64,000 bases of DNA from Octopus sinensis (taxonomy: Eukaryota), in NCBI RefSeq assembly GCF_006345805.1, contig NC_042998.1, positions 124,000,001 to 124,064,000 on the forward strand, written 5' to 3'. Shown here piece after piece: positions 11,030 to 24,514 of the stretch; position 1 is the first letter of the stretch, and the number at the start of each line of letters is the position of its first letter. A model generated the notes under the pieces. That model did no database searches and was not told the origin of the DNA. It saw nothing but the letters and a program-made list of their open reading frames with translations. Made by a program: the position numbers and the translations under genes.

Positions 11030-13020
11030 CTTTTGGCTTCCCTAAATGTAGTATTTATAAATGTGCGCGGCCTGGGATCGATCAGAAAGTAGGGTTACCT
11101 CTGTAACGATCGCAGGTCGCATAGACTGGGTGAAGCCAGATTGAGTGGACCGCAGGCTTTCTCACCCCAGCTAAACGACTACGAGAAAATTATTTCTCCG
11201 TGTCAACCGACAGGAAGGGGTGGTATTTCGTGTTTCTTCTCCGGAAGGCTTTAGAATTACAGGTAAGAACAATATTTGTTGACCCGGAAGGCAGGGTGGT
11301 CGCCGTTGATATGATGCACAGCAATAGTAAGTCCTTCAGGTTGGTGGCTGTCTATGCTCCTTGGAGAATGGGACAGTCCGACTTTTTTCAATGTCTTGAA
11401 AATTTTCTAGGTACGTCACACACTTTAGTCTTGTTAGGAAACTTTAACACAATCTGTGATGCACGTGTAGATTATGTTGGCTCAACTTCTTTGAGGAGGG
11501 GTAACTCATGCTTCAACGACCTGCTCAGTCGCTTTCAACTGGCAGATCGTTACAGACTAGAATTTCCGGACGCTCCAGTGTGAACTTGGGCTAATAGCGA
11601 CGGATCTTTCGGGTCTTACATAGATAGAATTATTGTTAGGAAACTAGATAAAGATTTAGTTACGTGAGCATGTTTCCATCACGCCAACTACAGTGATCAC
11701 AAATTTGTGACCTGTAGATTAGACTTAGATAGATTAAGTTGACAAGGATCCGGCTACTGGGAACTGAACATATCCCTATAGGATTGTCAGAAGTACAGGA
11801 TTCGGATTAGGCAATTATTTTTGAGGGCATTAACTGGTGCCATTATTAATAATAAATGGTAGTATGCCCTCAAAAGAGCCATCAAATTTGAGTCTGTTAG
11901 GTTTAGCAGTGAGTTAGCTCGTAGAAAGATTAGAATGGAAAGCGACTTAATTAAGGCTTTCGAAGAGGCACTGAGTACTGGCAATGCGTCCCAAGTGATG
12001 GTCGCGAGATTGGCGCTAAACCAACACCTCGAGGCCAAACACAAGGGTTGCGTTGTCAGATCTAATCTACGTGCAGTGGGACGAGAGGGAATCAATGCTG
12101 ACGGATGGGCACGTGAGGTAGAGACCCAACGTGGCAATGATACCACAATAAGGTATTTGAGGAATTAGCATGAGCGTTTGACAACCGAACCTGAGGAAAT
12201 GTATAAAGTTTTTCAGAAACATTTCGCCCAGCTTTTCGGGTAGACCGTAGCATATGATGGACCGCGTGGACTTTCTTGCCGCTTTGCCGCGTCTTTCGGG
12301 ACGGAAAGCGGAATGCTGTGAGGAACCGATCACACCTGCGGAAGTGGAAGAGGCCTTATAAGAGTGCGCCGGGCACAAGCCCCCGGGACAGGATGGTCTT
12401 CCCTACGAGCTTTATTACAGAATGTCAGACTTGTTTGGGCACCTACTGGCATGCATCTACACAAACAGGCAGAAGAACGGGTTTATTCCCAAATCTGTGA
12501 GCCGGAGATGGGTCGTGGTACTGCTAAGAAAAGACCCAAACAAGGGAGGATGAGATAGACAATTTCTGGCCCATCACTCTGCTTAACTCAGAGTTGAAGA
12601 TTTTGGCTAAGCTATTAGCAAAAAAGTTGATGTATGTCACGGGGGGACACATCGGAGAAACGTAAACTTGCACCATTTCCGGGAGATCCATCCAGGACGA
12701 TCTTCATCTTCTACGCTATACCTTAGAGAGGGTAAGTAGACTACCTGGTAAGTTTGAACATCGCTATCTGTATGTGCTGGTTTTGGAGCCTTTACTGCGG
12801 GAGTTGGAGGGCATGAGGGGCATCCCGCGAGATCTCGGTTGTAGAAAGTCAGATTCGGCATATGCGGACATCACCATCATCGTGCCCGAAGTGGAACACC
12901 TACAGAGGATAGACGATGCCATTAAGGATTACGAGGCGGTGGCAGGAGCTGAGATTAACCGTGATTAGTCAGTCGGCTTGCAGCTCGGCACCTGGTGAGG
13001 CCATTCGATACCTCCCAACA
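11030..13020 (+). pseudogene. LINE ORF2 (APE endonuclease plus reverse transcriptase)
   Basis: INVRGL, FRLVAVYAP, LLGNFN, DRYR, SDHKFV endonuclease motifs; KAPG.DG, WPITLLNSELKILAK, AYAD-ITII RT motifs. Confidence 0.85.
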
Positions 13021-13129
13021 ACGTACTAAAGTACTTATTTTATTTTTTTATAATTCATACACCCTGTTACCCCTAAAGAATGATTAACCCACCAATTAAT
13101 TTTCTAGTTTAACCATTTGCTCAACGACT

Positions 13130-13300
13130 GGAAAATGGTCGGATTGAAATATATTAAGCCTTATTTCGTTATTTCGAAGCCCCTTTCTTCCCCCTTCTTT
13201 TATTTTATGTATTTTCTTCACTCCGATGAAGTTTCATGTATCAGATCGGATGTGCTATAGAATATGACGAATATTATCCTCAGAATTTTGTTTGGCAGCG
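13130..13300 (+). mobile_element. Penelope-like terminal fragment related to 2630-2800
   Basis: Shares c(t/c)gatgaag...agatcg.atgt...gaa(g/t)atgacgaatattat with 2736-2790. Confidence 0.45.
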
Positions 13301-13420
13301 CTGACAGACATTGCAAGCAAAAACAGCTGTTAGCAATGATCAAGCTTAGTATTAAAAAATAATAAGCATGATAGTCAATTTGTTTGTTGACCAAGAATTT
13401 TCTCCACTTTCTGCTTAATT

Positions 13421-13480
<60 letters not shown>

Positions 13481-14119
13481 GTGTGTGTGTGTGTGCGTGT
13501 GTTTGTGTGTGTGTATGTGAACACATACAAGCTATTATGTAGCGTTTAAACGTGAGAGTGTAACAGTATAAACTTACTTGAGTAAGCTATAAATTTAACA
13601 CCAAGCTCTCTTTTCCGTGTTATCTATTTCGAAGTCATTAATACATTTATAAATTGCCGTATTTATATATTAGAAATCAGTCATGAAGTTTGTCTTACTA
13701 AGTTTTTTAGTTCATTGTATTTTAATTACCGATTGAAATGTCCATTGTATTTATACCGTCAAAAACAATTTTATGTCTACAGGGAAAAACCAAACCTTGA
13801 ATGTTTCTCGCCTAAATCGGTACATCTTACAGAAATACACTGAAATAACCACTAGTAAAGTAAAAAACAAATTAGTGCCACGTTCATATACATTCTATAT
13901 TAAGCAATGTTAATAAAAACTTTCCGGGATTTAGTTCCGGATAAATATACAGGCTCACCAGGATCATGTTGGATTTTGAAAGTAGAAACCAAATTCGCAT
14001 TCTAATGCTGGTTTTCATGATATAGTTACACTATAGTTAGAATTATTACACCATATGCTTTAGATTCTGAAAATATCAGGTAGATATCTAAATTGCATAA
14101 TAACAGAATGGATATAATA

Positions 14120-14340
14120 TTGGCTTCAAATTTCGGCACAAAACCAGCAGTTTTGGGAGAGGGACTTCGTCGGTTACATTGATCCCACTCATCAATCGAC
14201 ACTTATATCATCAAACCCGAGAGGATAAAAGGCGACGTCGACCCCGGTGGCATTTTAACATAGAACATAGGGGCAGACGAAATGCTGCTAGGCGTTTTTC
14301 CTGGCGTTTTAATGATCCTGCGAATTCGTCGCCTTCAGAG
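14120..14340 (-). mobile_element. SINE family B, old degenerate copy
   Basis: aaaggcgacgtcgacccc, gcagacgaaatgctgctag remnants. Confidence 0.6.
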
Positions 14341-14720
14341 TGAATATAATATTTGAATGACTCAAAGCAAAATGGATAGTCAAACTTTTGACCAATCGTA
14401 TTTTCAGGTGGGATTCTGAAAGTTACTGCATTATGCTGGTGATATTCTCTTTTGATGTACTGATGTACATAAAGAGTTCGCATTTCGATACACGTCGAAT
14501 ACATTAACCTGAGTAAGCCGTTTTCCTCTCGGGTAACGTTTTATATTTTTCTGTAAATGAAATTTAAAAAGTAATTTCCATTAGAATATATTTTGTAACG
14601 GCATAAACAAATATTCCAAAAGATTAATAAGAGACCATTCTTCAAATAAAGTATATGAATTACTAGTCAATTGTTACACAAAATTACATAGAACAATTCT
14701 CGTTGATAGCAATACGGCAT

Positions 14721-14792
<72 letters not shown>

Positions 14793-14840
14793 ATGGTTGT
14801 GGGGGTGGTAGTAGTAGTAGTATTGGTAGTGGTCATGATG
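14721..14840. repeat. compound (GCA)n(GTA)n microsatellite
   Basis: Direct reading. Confidence 0.95.
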
Positions 14841-16928
14841 ATGATAGCTAGTGTATCATTTCCGATGTGATTTCTTTTCTTTTTTCTAAGAGAAAGTATT
14901 TCTGAAACCTATTCAACCTGCTAGATAATAGTTCCCATTAAAATTGATTTTTCCATATCCAAGTTGAAAATTTCTCAGTTTAGGTTCATTCAAAATGTAA
15001 CCTATTTCTACTTCTGTGGCATTAGGACAACTATAAAATTCAGTATACGCTTACAAAGCAGATATACACCATTATACTTAGTAAGACATATGTTTTTCAT
15101 ATTGCATTTTCGTTTCTTTTGGTATTCAAGAAATCATTATTTATGGCAATAAATAGATTTTTATTCGTATCAAATAACATTTAAAAGCAAATTTCTCTCA
15201 CTGATATATCGGGAAAATAAACAATTACTTTCGAAGGAAATATTGATAGATTTGTATGGTTTATAAATTCATGATGCAATGGATATTTTGGTATAAATAG
15301 TGTAATTTAACAGCAATTTCAAGTACCAGATTTGGGAGTGTGAAAAATATTAGTTTGGTGGAAAAAATATATAAAGAAAAATATTAGCAACAAATAGTAT
15401 TTATGGTGAAACAAACAATTGAGAACATAACCAAGTCGATAGAGCAGTAGCTTCGTCTCTTCATGTTATTTAATAACAACCTACTGAAAAGAAACCTGAT
15501 TCATTTAACAGTAGCAGATGTCATTCCATTTGTGATCGCTTTAGATAGACTAATAATTGGTAATTTCAAATAGAACGTTGTACTTGTATATAATGTACAT
15601 GTACTCCTGTTAAAAATTACATAGGTAAACAATATATAATTTCTAAAGGTGTACAAGTCTGACATGATGGTTGAATAGTTTTATCAGAAAGAAATATTAA
15701 TCCGTATAGCAGAGTATTGTATATGGTAAATGAAACAATTCTGCTAATAAGGACTTCATTAGTAAAGTACTCAAGTGGTTTATCTGGACTTTAGTAGAAT
15801 GTTGTATTTAACATTATAAAGTCTGAACGAAATGACTAACAAGAAATGAACTTAAGTTGACAGCACATTCTCAAACAATCACCGATCGTCTTCAAGTGAC
15901 CAGAGATTTTTTGTGAAAATACACAATGAAATAGCAATTTGAAACGGTATATTGTGAAACACCTTTCTAGAATTATTTGTTCCTTGTAGACCTATATTTG
16001 ATAATTAATAGTATTCAATTGATTGTTGTATTCGATGGCTTCCTACTAGGGAGTGAGGCTTGCAGTAAAATAGTATACACAAGAGGGGCGAATTTACAAC
16101 TAAATGTGGGAACAGCACTCTAATTCAATCATCATGAAAAAGAGACGAAATAATTTAACGAGGTATGAAAGAAGAATATAATTGATACTTAAACAGCAAA
16201 AAAAAGACAATAAAAGTGAGCGTGGAAATATATAAATCAACACTTGATTAGAGTATAATAAACTTTCTAAAATTAGCACAAGGAATGAAACTTAGAGAAA
16301 GGTAAATTTAGTCGCTTGAGCTAATTTTGTACCTAACTGGTACTTAAGTTGAACTCGGGGAGAATTAAGGCAATGTGATTTGAAGATAACGTAAAATGTG
16401 GAGAAATTACACGAACAAATAGATCGTAAAATCATATGCTTTTATACCACCTTGAATTGGCTGCTTTTTAAAATCAGTATGTATTTAAAGTATATATTTT
16501 TTTTTTACTCAGCATAGCATTTTCAAACCTCGATAATACGTGAAGATATAGACAATTCGAGAAGTTTGGTGGATTTTGAAGGAAACGCTCTTATTGATTT
16601 GAGTTGTTGTTTACTATGTGACATAGAGAGTTGGTTACTGTTCGGTTCGGGAGTTTAGGGTGAGTCTCGATATAGTTCATATCAGGTTGAGCAGTATCTG
16701 CCAAACTGTGTAATGTGAGGTTGAGCAGTATCTGCCAAACGCAGTAATGTGCCGCGAGAGATTCCTGGAGTGCTGCGAAAAATATTTTCGGGAAAAAACG
16801 ATCCAAGAACATTCTCAAAGCCCGAGCGTAAATATAGATTAATTATATAAAACGTAAAATACGGTAAATATAAATTTATTACGTTACACGGCGGACCGCA
16901 GTTTTGCTACAATATATTACATCTCTAA

Positions 16929-17140
16929 GGCAGCGAGCTGGCAGAAACGTTAGCACGCCGGGCGAAATACTTAGCAGTATTTCGTCTGTCTTTACGTTCT
17001 GAGTTCAAATTCCGCCGACGTCGACTTTGCCTTTCATCCTTTCGGGGTCGATAAATTAAGTACCAGTTGCATACTCGGGTCGATTTAATCGACTGGCCCT
17101 CTCTCCAAGCATTTCGGCCCTTCTTCCTAGAGTGGAAAAG
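16929..17140 (+). mobile_element. SINE family B nested in the hAT, with 16-bp TSD
   Basis: Flanked by aatatattacatctct (16911-16926) and aatatattacatttct (17141-17156). Confidence 0.85.
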
Positions 17141-17289
17141 AATATATTACATTTCTGCATTTAAACCGGGATTTTCTGTAAGTAAATTGTTTAGTAGTCC
17201 TAGTAATTTTTAATTTATTTATAATTTGCATAAATTATTTTATGTTAATTTTAATCGATTTTTAGTTTCAGATCTAAACATGGAAAAAA

Positions 17290-19462
17290 TTTCATTAGGA
17301 TCTCAGAAAATGGGAAAGAGAGTCATAGCAAACAAGGCGAATGCCAGAATAAAATGACGACCTCATCAAAACGAAAATTTAATGAAAATTACATCCAACA
17401 TGGTCGGTTACTTTTTGTATGATTTGTTTAACCACTCTCACAAATGAAGCGATGGATGGTTCCCAGTAAAATTAAACGTCATTTAATAAAAAATGATCCG
17501 CAACAAAAGGACAAGCCATAAGAATAATTAGGGATGCTAAAAAATAATTTTAAAATGCAATCAAAAAGGCTGAAGAAATTTCACTCAGTTCCCGAGAAAG
17601 CTGAAGTCGTTAGTTACACGATTACCCAGCTTTTGGCAAAGAATAAAAAAAACACATTCTGATGCCGAAAACAGTATTTTGCTAGTCTTAAGTCGGAGAG
17701 TTAGCAGAATCGTTAGCACGCCGGGCGAAATGCGTAGCCGTATTTCGTCTGCCGTTGCGTTCTGAGTTCAAATTCCGCCGAGGTCGACTTTGCCTTTCAT
17801 CCTTTCAGGGTCGATAAATTAAGTACCAGTAACGCACTGGGGTCGATGTAATCGACTTAATACCTTTGTCTGTCCTTGTTTGTTCCCTCTATGTCTAGCC
17901 TCTTGTGGGTAATAAAGAAATAGCTATTTCGTCTGCGACTACGTTCAGAGTTCAAATTTTGCCGAGGTTGACTTTGCCTTTCATCCTTTGGGGTCGATAA
18001 ATGAAGTACCAATTGAGTACTGGGGTCGATGTAAACGACTTTCCCCTTCCCCAAAAATTTCATGTCTTGTGCCTGAGTAGAAAAGACTATTTTACCAGCC
18101 TTGGAGGTCGTCGTTGGCACAATGATTAGTGATGAAGCCGTCGAACAAATTAAGACCATTCCTTGGTCTGCCCACACAATTTCTCGTAACATTCAAGGCA
18201 TTTCACGAGACAGTGATGAAGCAAAAATTGAACTCAAAAACCTGTGGTCCTTACAAATCGAAGAAAAAACAGACAACTAATTTCATTTCTGCGAATCATC
18301 AGAAGTGGTAATATCATGTCAGCTTTTCTTTTGTTGTATATTAAAAGAAAGAACGACAGGAGATGTCTTTAACCTGGTATCGAGAGGTTATGCAGTGGTA
18401 AACTTGTATTAGCGTTTACACTGATGGCACTCCATCCATACGGGGTCGAAAAAAGGCCTTCGTGACCCATGTATTAGAAAAAGATTCACAAGTTAAAATT
18501 TTACATTGCATGACTCACCGTGAAGTTTTGGAGTCAAAATCTATACCTGATAGTCTCCCAAAGACGATGGACAACGTTGTTTAAGTGGTGAATTACAATA
18601 AAATCGCATTCCCTACGGTACAGATTTTGCATCCCTATGTGAAACTGTGGATTCCGATTTTAAATGTTTACTGCTTTATACAGAACTGCGATGGCTCTCG
18701 AAAGGAAAAGCGCTCTCTCGATTTATCTCTTTGCGAACTGAAATATTGCTTCTTCGATGCTGAAAATTCTGGATTTGAATTTCTTAACGATGATAATCGG
18801 TAGCTGGAAGTAGCATGTCTCAACGATATTTTTGAAAAATTGAACGTTTTAAATTTAAATCTACAAGGAGCGAACAAAAATATTACTGAAATTACAAACA
18901 CATTAAAGTCTTTCACCGACAAGTTAGAACTCTGAATAAGGAAAGTTAAAATCTCGCTGCTTGATTGTTTCCCAGACATAGGGGATTTTCCAAACAAATT
19001 TTAAATTTTGTGAGAAATGCAGAAGGCAATAGAAAACCTCTCTGTATCATTTTCTAAGTATTTTCCATTAATTAATTATGAAATATACGAGTAGGTTATC
19101 AATCCTTTGGCAAGATACGACGGTACACGCCTGCCATTAACATTAACAGGAGAGAATTTAAAAGACTTGAAAACCGATCCTGTGCACAAAGCCTCATTTT
19201 GTGTGTCAGAATTGTCAGAATTCTGGATTTCGCTTTGGAGCCAATAACTTCGATTAACTACTGCAGCCGTTAAATCTCCGTAGCCCTTTGGATCATCGCA
19301 CCTTTGCGAATTAGGTATCTCTGCGCTTATGAAAATGAAGCAAAAAAAAAACAAAAACAAAACAGGAATGATTACAGATGGTAGATGAGGTGTTACGTAT
19401 TTATCTAATTTAGAGCTGCGTTTTGATAAAATCCTTTCTGAAAAACAATTGCATCTTTCTCA
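17290..19462 (+). pseudogene. Buster-type hAT transposase remnant, interrupted by SINEs
   Basis: KRKFNENY, EAM.PSKLKRHL, TDGTPS, HCMTHRE, ELRWLSKGKALSRF, PFGSSHLCELGISAL, terminal QLHLSH*. Confidence 0.85.
17693..18075 (+). mobile_element. SINE family B dimer/chimera nested in the hAT
   Basis: Tail ...taataaagaaatag joined to ctatttcgtctgc, the internal part of a second copy with a different tail. Confidence 0.8.
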
Positions 19463-21214
19463 CTAAAATCATTATTGTATTATATTACTTATATATATGT
19501 GTGTGTATGTTCATAAAGCAATGTCATTTTATTGTTACTATAATAAGAATTTATTTATTTTTATACATAATAATAAATTATATTCAACTGTGCTGGGAAA
19601 TTATTTGGTGTGCCGCAAAATAAATTCTCCTTGCCCAGTGTGTCGTAAAGTAAAAAAAGTTTGGCAGACACTGAGGTAGAGATTGCGAAACATTTTCAGT
19701 ACATTTGATGTGCCTGTAGTTATCAGTAAATCCGGCCTAGGTGTAGAGTCTAAGTTCCATAGAGAACCGTACCTGATTGTTCTGAAGAGTAAGAGGTTGA
19801 CAAAAGACGAAATATTTTCTGGTCATGAAGAGACAGGCTTCATACTTGTGATACAGATTTTTATATAATATACATACGGAACCGCCAGGAATAAGTTATT
19901 AGTGGTTATGATACTGGCATTTTCTGTGACTGCGCTGGTCTAACTGCGTATTTGCAAGAATTTAGTGGGTGGGGCATAGTGATATTTCACTCAAGTAAAC
20001 AGTAATTTGTGCGTTTGCATTGTTGAAATAGACGAGGCTGTTATGTTTCCGTTACTGTCTCTTGGAAATGTGCAGTTTTGCGGAAGATGCATAAAATGTA
20101 TGTGGAATATAGTTGTCTGGAAAAGATTAGACACTCAAGGAAGAACGATAATATTTGAATAACATTGATTGATGTTACCAGTGACAACCGCAGCTTTTTG
20201 ATTTACTGAAGGGTGTGGGTAGGAATAAAATAGCCAAATTATCTGTCTAAAACATGGGTGAAAGACAGTACGTCTAACATTACAAGGAACTGTTCAAATA
20301 GGGCGTCTGCACTACAAAAAGGTAACGACTTCATTGGCAGATGATTAGCTATATTTTACGGTCAAACACTGATAAAAATCGTTGGGAATGTAGAATCAGG
20401 TACAGAATTCCAGATTCTTCCATAAAAATCAGATGATAAAAGGAAATGAAGTGATGTAAACACTGGTATGAGAACGCTTTACTGATTACAAATGATTATA
20501 CTGTCGTGTATATTTCATGTATGTATTGGACCACTTCTCAGTTAGAACTTCAAAGTAACATTCTTAACACCATAGACACGCCAAATTTTGATCTTATGTT
20601 CCTCCGGTTTTTACATTGTTGCTGTTCCTCTCACATGTCTTGGCAACCTTGCAAAGAAGCCGATTTGGCCACCAAGTTTCAATCCAAACTAAGCAAGATA
20701 AGTTTCTCTTTTAAACAGACAATAATATTTCCTTTGTTCTTAAAACTGTTTTATAAACAGAATGTATAAGAATTCTTTAAGCAGCTTCTTCATTAACTTC
20801 AATTAATCAGCAAACGTATTTAATCTTATATTAAAAGCTAAATTGAATAAAACACCGTTGAAAAGAAAGATGATAAACATAATCTGTTAGCATAAGACAG
20901 CTAGTGTAGGTTGCATTGGAATAAAAATCGTCATTACTAGTATACAAATGATCTCAAAATTCTAGAGCTACTGTTTGGCAAAATTTATATTTATCAGAAT
21001 CAATAAACAAGAAATATTTTTGAATTTGTCGCAAGTTTTGCAGCAAAATAAGGTTGTGGTATAAAACTGTATGAATGTGTGTATAACAGACGGCCATATG
21101 ATGAAGTCTTCTGGATATATTCGTATGTAAATCGTTTAGACGGTTCTGAAAGGGAAAAAATTTAGAGAAGCGAATAAGTTGTGATAGTGAATAAAACAGC
21201 GAATTGGCAGAATT

Positions 21215-22105
21215 AATCGCACGCTGGACAATAAGCTTGGCGGCATTTCGTCCAACTTTCAAATTCTGAGGTCAAACTCCGGGAATGTCGATTTTGTCTT
21301 TCCACATTTCGGGCCCAATAAAATAAGTACCATTTGAGTACTTGGTTACAAGTAATCGATTTAAACCCCTTCCCTTAAAATTGCTAGCCTTGTGCCAAAC
21401 TTTGAAACCAACACACTTAAATTATAAAAAAAGCATGTTTGCTTATTTTCTGTTTTTTATCATTTACTTGTTTCAGTCACAGGACTATAGCATGCTGGGG
21501 TACAAGCCTTCAAGGGTTTTGACAAACAAATTGGCCTTAGTATATTTCTTTTTAAGGTCTGTTAAACTTTCTTTCTCCAATCATAAAATTACTGGGGTGT
21601 AAGAAACTGACATCAATTCTCAAGTACTTGGTGATGGTCAGATATGTAAGTCCCATATGCAATTATGTGTTTCAATATAAATAATTTAATACAATTGTTT
21701 GCCAGAGAAGTATGCAGTGACATATATCTTTGTCTAAATGAGGAAGGATAGATGATAACCCCTTTCTTAGCAGATGTATGCAAGTATATTCTCCTGTGTC
21801 TCTCTACTTACATAGATATATATTATGCATATATTAAGATGCGTAAATTATCTGTGCATTGGTATAAACCATTACTTACAGCCAGGAAGTTGTATATGGA
21901 AGCATAACTAAATATTTCCTACTGATTCTACCTGATTTCCCTCATGCCAGTTTCAATGCTGCAGGAGTTCGTCAACATTGTAACTACTTGTAGATATTTC
22001 TATAAGGAAAATTCATTAGAAACGTTCATGATACTATGTCATAATACTTAGGATTGTATCCGTACATACACCCAAGCATTCTGTGGCATAATATGTGGAC
22101 TACAC
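21215..22105. repeat. left arm of ~0.9-kb inverted duplication
   Basis: Colinear with the reverse complement of 24515-25420, including SINE B, a SINE A tail fragment and unique sequence. Confidence 0.85.
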
Positions 22106-22438
22106 CCAACACTAGTTGCCAAGCGGTGGGTAGGGTGTTTTCGATCACGATCACAAAGACACACACAACTATTCATATATACATACACACATACACATAT
22201 ACATGTGTGTGTATGTGTGTCTGAGTGTCTGTATGCGTGTGCTTTTATGAATTTATCTAACTATGTACTTGTATGTATGTATGTATATATATACATACAT
22301 ACACACACACACACGCACATACATACATATATAACACATACACACATATATACATATACACACACACTTATATATATATCATATCATATATGTCTATATA
22401 TATGCATGCATGTATATATATAATAATAATAATAATAT

Positions 22439-22464
<26 letters not shown>

Positions 22465-22477
<13 letters not shown>

Positions 22478-22860
22478 TTAGAGACAAAACCACTATTTTG
22501 CAAAACAAACAAGGAAAGACTTAATCAATACATAAAATTTTAATAAAAAGTAAAAAAAACCGCCACTACAATTGTTTCATGTCCTGATCGACAATCTTCA
22601 GGTGGATTTCCAATCTAAAATATCAATATTTTAAAATATAAGTATAAAAAATAATAATTTTTAAATAATTAAAGTATCAATGAAAAATATAAATATATAA
22701 TCTATATATAACCTATATATAATCCATATATAATCAATATATAAACTAAAATAAACCTATCAACAATTAAATATAAAACAAAATAAAAATAAACTATATA
22801 TACACCCATACACATATCCCTATACATACACATAAAAACGTCTAGGCAACGATAAATAAA
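22465..22860 (-). mobile_element. Penelope-like terminal repeat fragment
   Basis: AT-rich terminus containing a minimal hammerhead; boundaries approximate. Confidence 0.5.
22563..22605 (-). ncRNA. minimal type I hammerhead ribozyme motif
   Basis: ccac-CTGAAGA-t-tgtc(gatcag)gaca-t-GAAA-caattg-T-A-gtgg. Confidence 0.55.
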
Positions 22861-22934
22861 TAAAATAGCCAAATACTTCAACACAATACTTATTCATACT
22901 CCCTCACACACACATACAACCCACATTCATAAAC

Positions 22935-23495
22935 AATATACGTATACCCGCTCACACATACATATACAAACATACAGAACTCGATATATACACCAATATA
23001 TTCACACCCACAACTATACGGATAAATAAATTACGCAAATAATCCCACACAAACACACACACACCCATTCACGCATACATAAACACTCAGAAGCAAAATA
23101 AATAATTCTTTGCACGTGGTGATCGAACGTTTTTTTTTAAAATTATAAATGGATTAATATATAATCAACTTAAATATACAGAATCTACTACAAAACACCA
23201 ATAAACCATCATGATAAATGAAACCCACATACATATAATGATAAAACTCCCCTTACCATACACAATTACACCTATATAGCAATCCCATATACACATTCAC
23301 ACACAAATATACATACGTAAAACACACACACACAACATATACGTATACCCCCTCACATATACATATACATACTTACTAAACTCGATATATACAACAATAT
23401 TTTCACACCCACACTCATACAGATAAATAAATTACACAACTAAAATACGCACACACACACACACATTCCCACATACATAAACACTCAAAAGAAAA
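22935..23495. repeat. diverged direct duplication of ~160 bp (22935-23095 / 23336-23495)
   Basis: Shared tatacgtataccc.ctcaca...aactcgatatataca...gataaataaattac...cataaacactca. Confidence 0.7.
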
Positions 23496-24275
23496 ACAAC
23501 ATTACTACACATAATACGATATATAAAATACTTCATAAGTAACCAGAATATCAAAAGTAACAAGATTAACATAATGAGAAAAAATATACATACTTTGAAG
23601 TCAGTTTCAAATTATGAAGTGAAATTAAATTCTAGCCGTTAAAAACGTCAAACAAAATTACGTTACCATAGGAACCTAACATATGTATAAAAAGTATTCC
23701 CGCTCTGGAAACGAACATCATTTAAAATTATGAATGGAGAAATGGAATAAATGGAATTAAAAATTATATTCACGTGGTAAACGAACATTACTTAAAAATA
23801 TACACACACATACATACACACGCAAACATGCATATACGGCTAGAGAACATTACCAACGGTACAAACATTAAATATCTAAACGAACGAGTAAAATACGTAA
23901 ACAACGAGGAAAAAATGGAAAACTGGACAAATAAACACAGTTGTTGGCTCTCTATCTGCTCCTCATTTCGAGCATTCAACGACAATATGAGTCTTCAAAA
24001 AGTATTGCTCGTATAAATTCTAAAATAAAATTTTGGATTTATGGAGGGTCAAATTTGGGAACAAAAACATAACAGTGAAGACATACAAGGAAACCGAACG
24101 AAAACGAACATTGAGAGTCATTAGACCAGTACAAGAGGAAAATAGTGAACGCTGGGAGAAACATCCCTTTTGTTTTAAAAGAACGTATTTGTAAATTAAT
24201 ATTGATTTTTAAAATAATTATTACCTATAAGGTTTTTATTCCCATGCTGGCCACTTGATATGATCGGTATTTTAA

Positions 24276-24331
<56 letters not shown>

Positions 24332-24514
24332 CTTACGTCTACTAAACTTTCAAAACAATGGTTTGAATACATATGATTTTTTTATTTTGTAATTTTGTAA
24401 TACCTTGAAATGAGACTATATCATCTATATGATTTTGCTAGCATTTATACTGTCAGTATTAGGTAAGTAAGCAGATTAAATGGCAGAATATTATTAGATT
24501 CTACACAATCAGCT

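Larger units (their letters stand above)
9400..13025 (+). mobile_element. Tx1/L1-like non-LTR retrotransposon, degraded and 3'-truncated
   Basis: ORF1 with zinc knuckle, then APE endonuclease and RT remnants in colinear order. 5' boundary approximate. Confidence 0.8.
16726..19673 (+). mobile_element. hAT DNA transposon (Buster/Charlie-like), complete ends, decayed
   Basis: TIRs cagtatctgccaaac / gtttggcagacactg; 8-bp TSD aggttgag (16718-16725) / aggtagag (19674-19681); nested SINEs. Confidence 0.85.

Noticed and set aside
15449-15573. Peptide NLIHLTVADVIPFVIALDRLII resembling GPCR TM2/TM3 motifs
   Set aside because: The two motifs are far too close together for a real GPCR and the frame is bounded by stops; likely chance. 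A 48-nt exon (15512-15559) cannot be excluded.
19700-19788. Exon candidate STFDVPVVISKSGLGVESKFHREPYLIVLK
   Set aside because: The acceptor is weak and lies immediately behind the hAT end; no homology recognised.
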